Assembly (NCBI GenBank): GCA_000934665.2
Contig: JYFJ02001399.1
Location: 62,001-82,630, forward strand
DNA length: 20,630 nucleotides
Reading direction: 5' to 3'
Origin: Catajapyx aquilonaris
Lineage: Eukaryota
Shown piece after piece: positions 20,183 to 20,630 of the stretch (the first letter of the stretch is position 1; each line of letters starts with the position of its first letter). The notes beneath the pieces are model-generated. The model ran no database searches, was not told the DNA's origin, and was given only the letters and a program-made list of their open reading frames with translations. The position numbers were made by a program, and so were the translations under genes.

Positions 20183-20508
20183 TATAACTCTAGATACATA
20201 ACTGCTAAGAAAAAGTGATGCCAGTTTGTGCTAGGGGATTGTGCCAGTCGCCCAAAGCAAAGATGACGGCTTCGGGCGATTTGGATCGATCTGCCGTGGT
20301 GGCCTGTACGTGGTTGGGCATCTTCAAGGGATGCCCCGCGTCCCTGGAAACGTCCCACTGCGGTCCGGCCCATCAGCACAGGGGCCGCCTCTAAGGCCGC
20401 TTCTGCTGCCCCGCCCAAAGTAACGATGACGCCATCTTTACTTTGGGCGTGATTGGAATCACTCTGCTTGTATGGAAAGGGATAGCCAGTTATGTATCTA
20501 GATTTCTA
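20183..20508. mobile_element. Unclassified TIR element with GC-rich core
   Basis: TCTAGATACATAACTG (20189-20204) and CAGTTATGTATCTAGA (20487-20502) are exact reverse complements; internal repeat CGCCCAAAG(C/T)AA(A/C)GATGACG occurs twice; TSD unclear. Confidence 0.55.
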
Positions 20509-20630
20509 GAGTATCTTTGGCCGAGCCGCGCCTTTGGAATATTGAATTCAAACGGGCGCCAGCCAGACAGGGTGACGTCACTTGATGACTGCGCGCGGAT
20601 TGGCCAGGGCTGTGATGGCGCTACCTCTTC

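Noticed and set aside
1..20630. CRISPR array or prokaryotic/viral system
   Set aside because: No regularly spaced direct repeats or gene-dense operon structure; spliceosomal introns and animal TEs explain the window.

Overview
Eukaryotic, AT-rich, probably insect or other arthropod genomic DNA. It carries the 3' end of a + strand multi-exon gene with exons at 2154-2276, 8769-8837, 10361-10578, 10651-11076 and 13127-13444. Splice phases join cleanly and the protein ends ...SLLMVFDEDTLI*. The motifs resemble insect UNC-80 (NALCN channel complex subunit); this is from recall and needs BLAST. The introns and 3' flank are packed with transposon derivatives: PIF/Harbinger-, Tc1/mariner-, hAT-, Chapaev3/CACTA- and piggyBac-type MITEs, Helitron/Helentron-like pieces and tRNA-derived SINEs. 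The most notable observations are two fold-back transposase derivatives, a hAT MITE resembling primate MER1/Charlie3, three retroposons sharing one 3' stem-loop tail, a stop-free in-frame 72-nt intron, an unclassified 360-bp palindrome and a 1-kb fold-back just downstream of the stop codon. I found no CRISPR array, true RNA gene or intact transposase, and no clearly new system can be proven from sequence alone.
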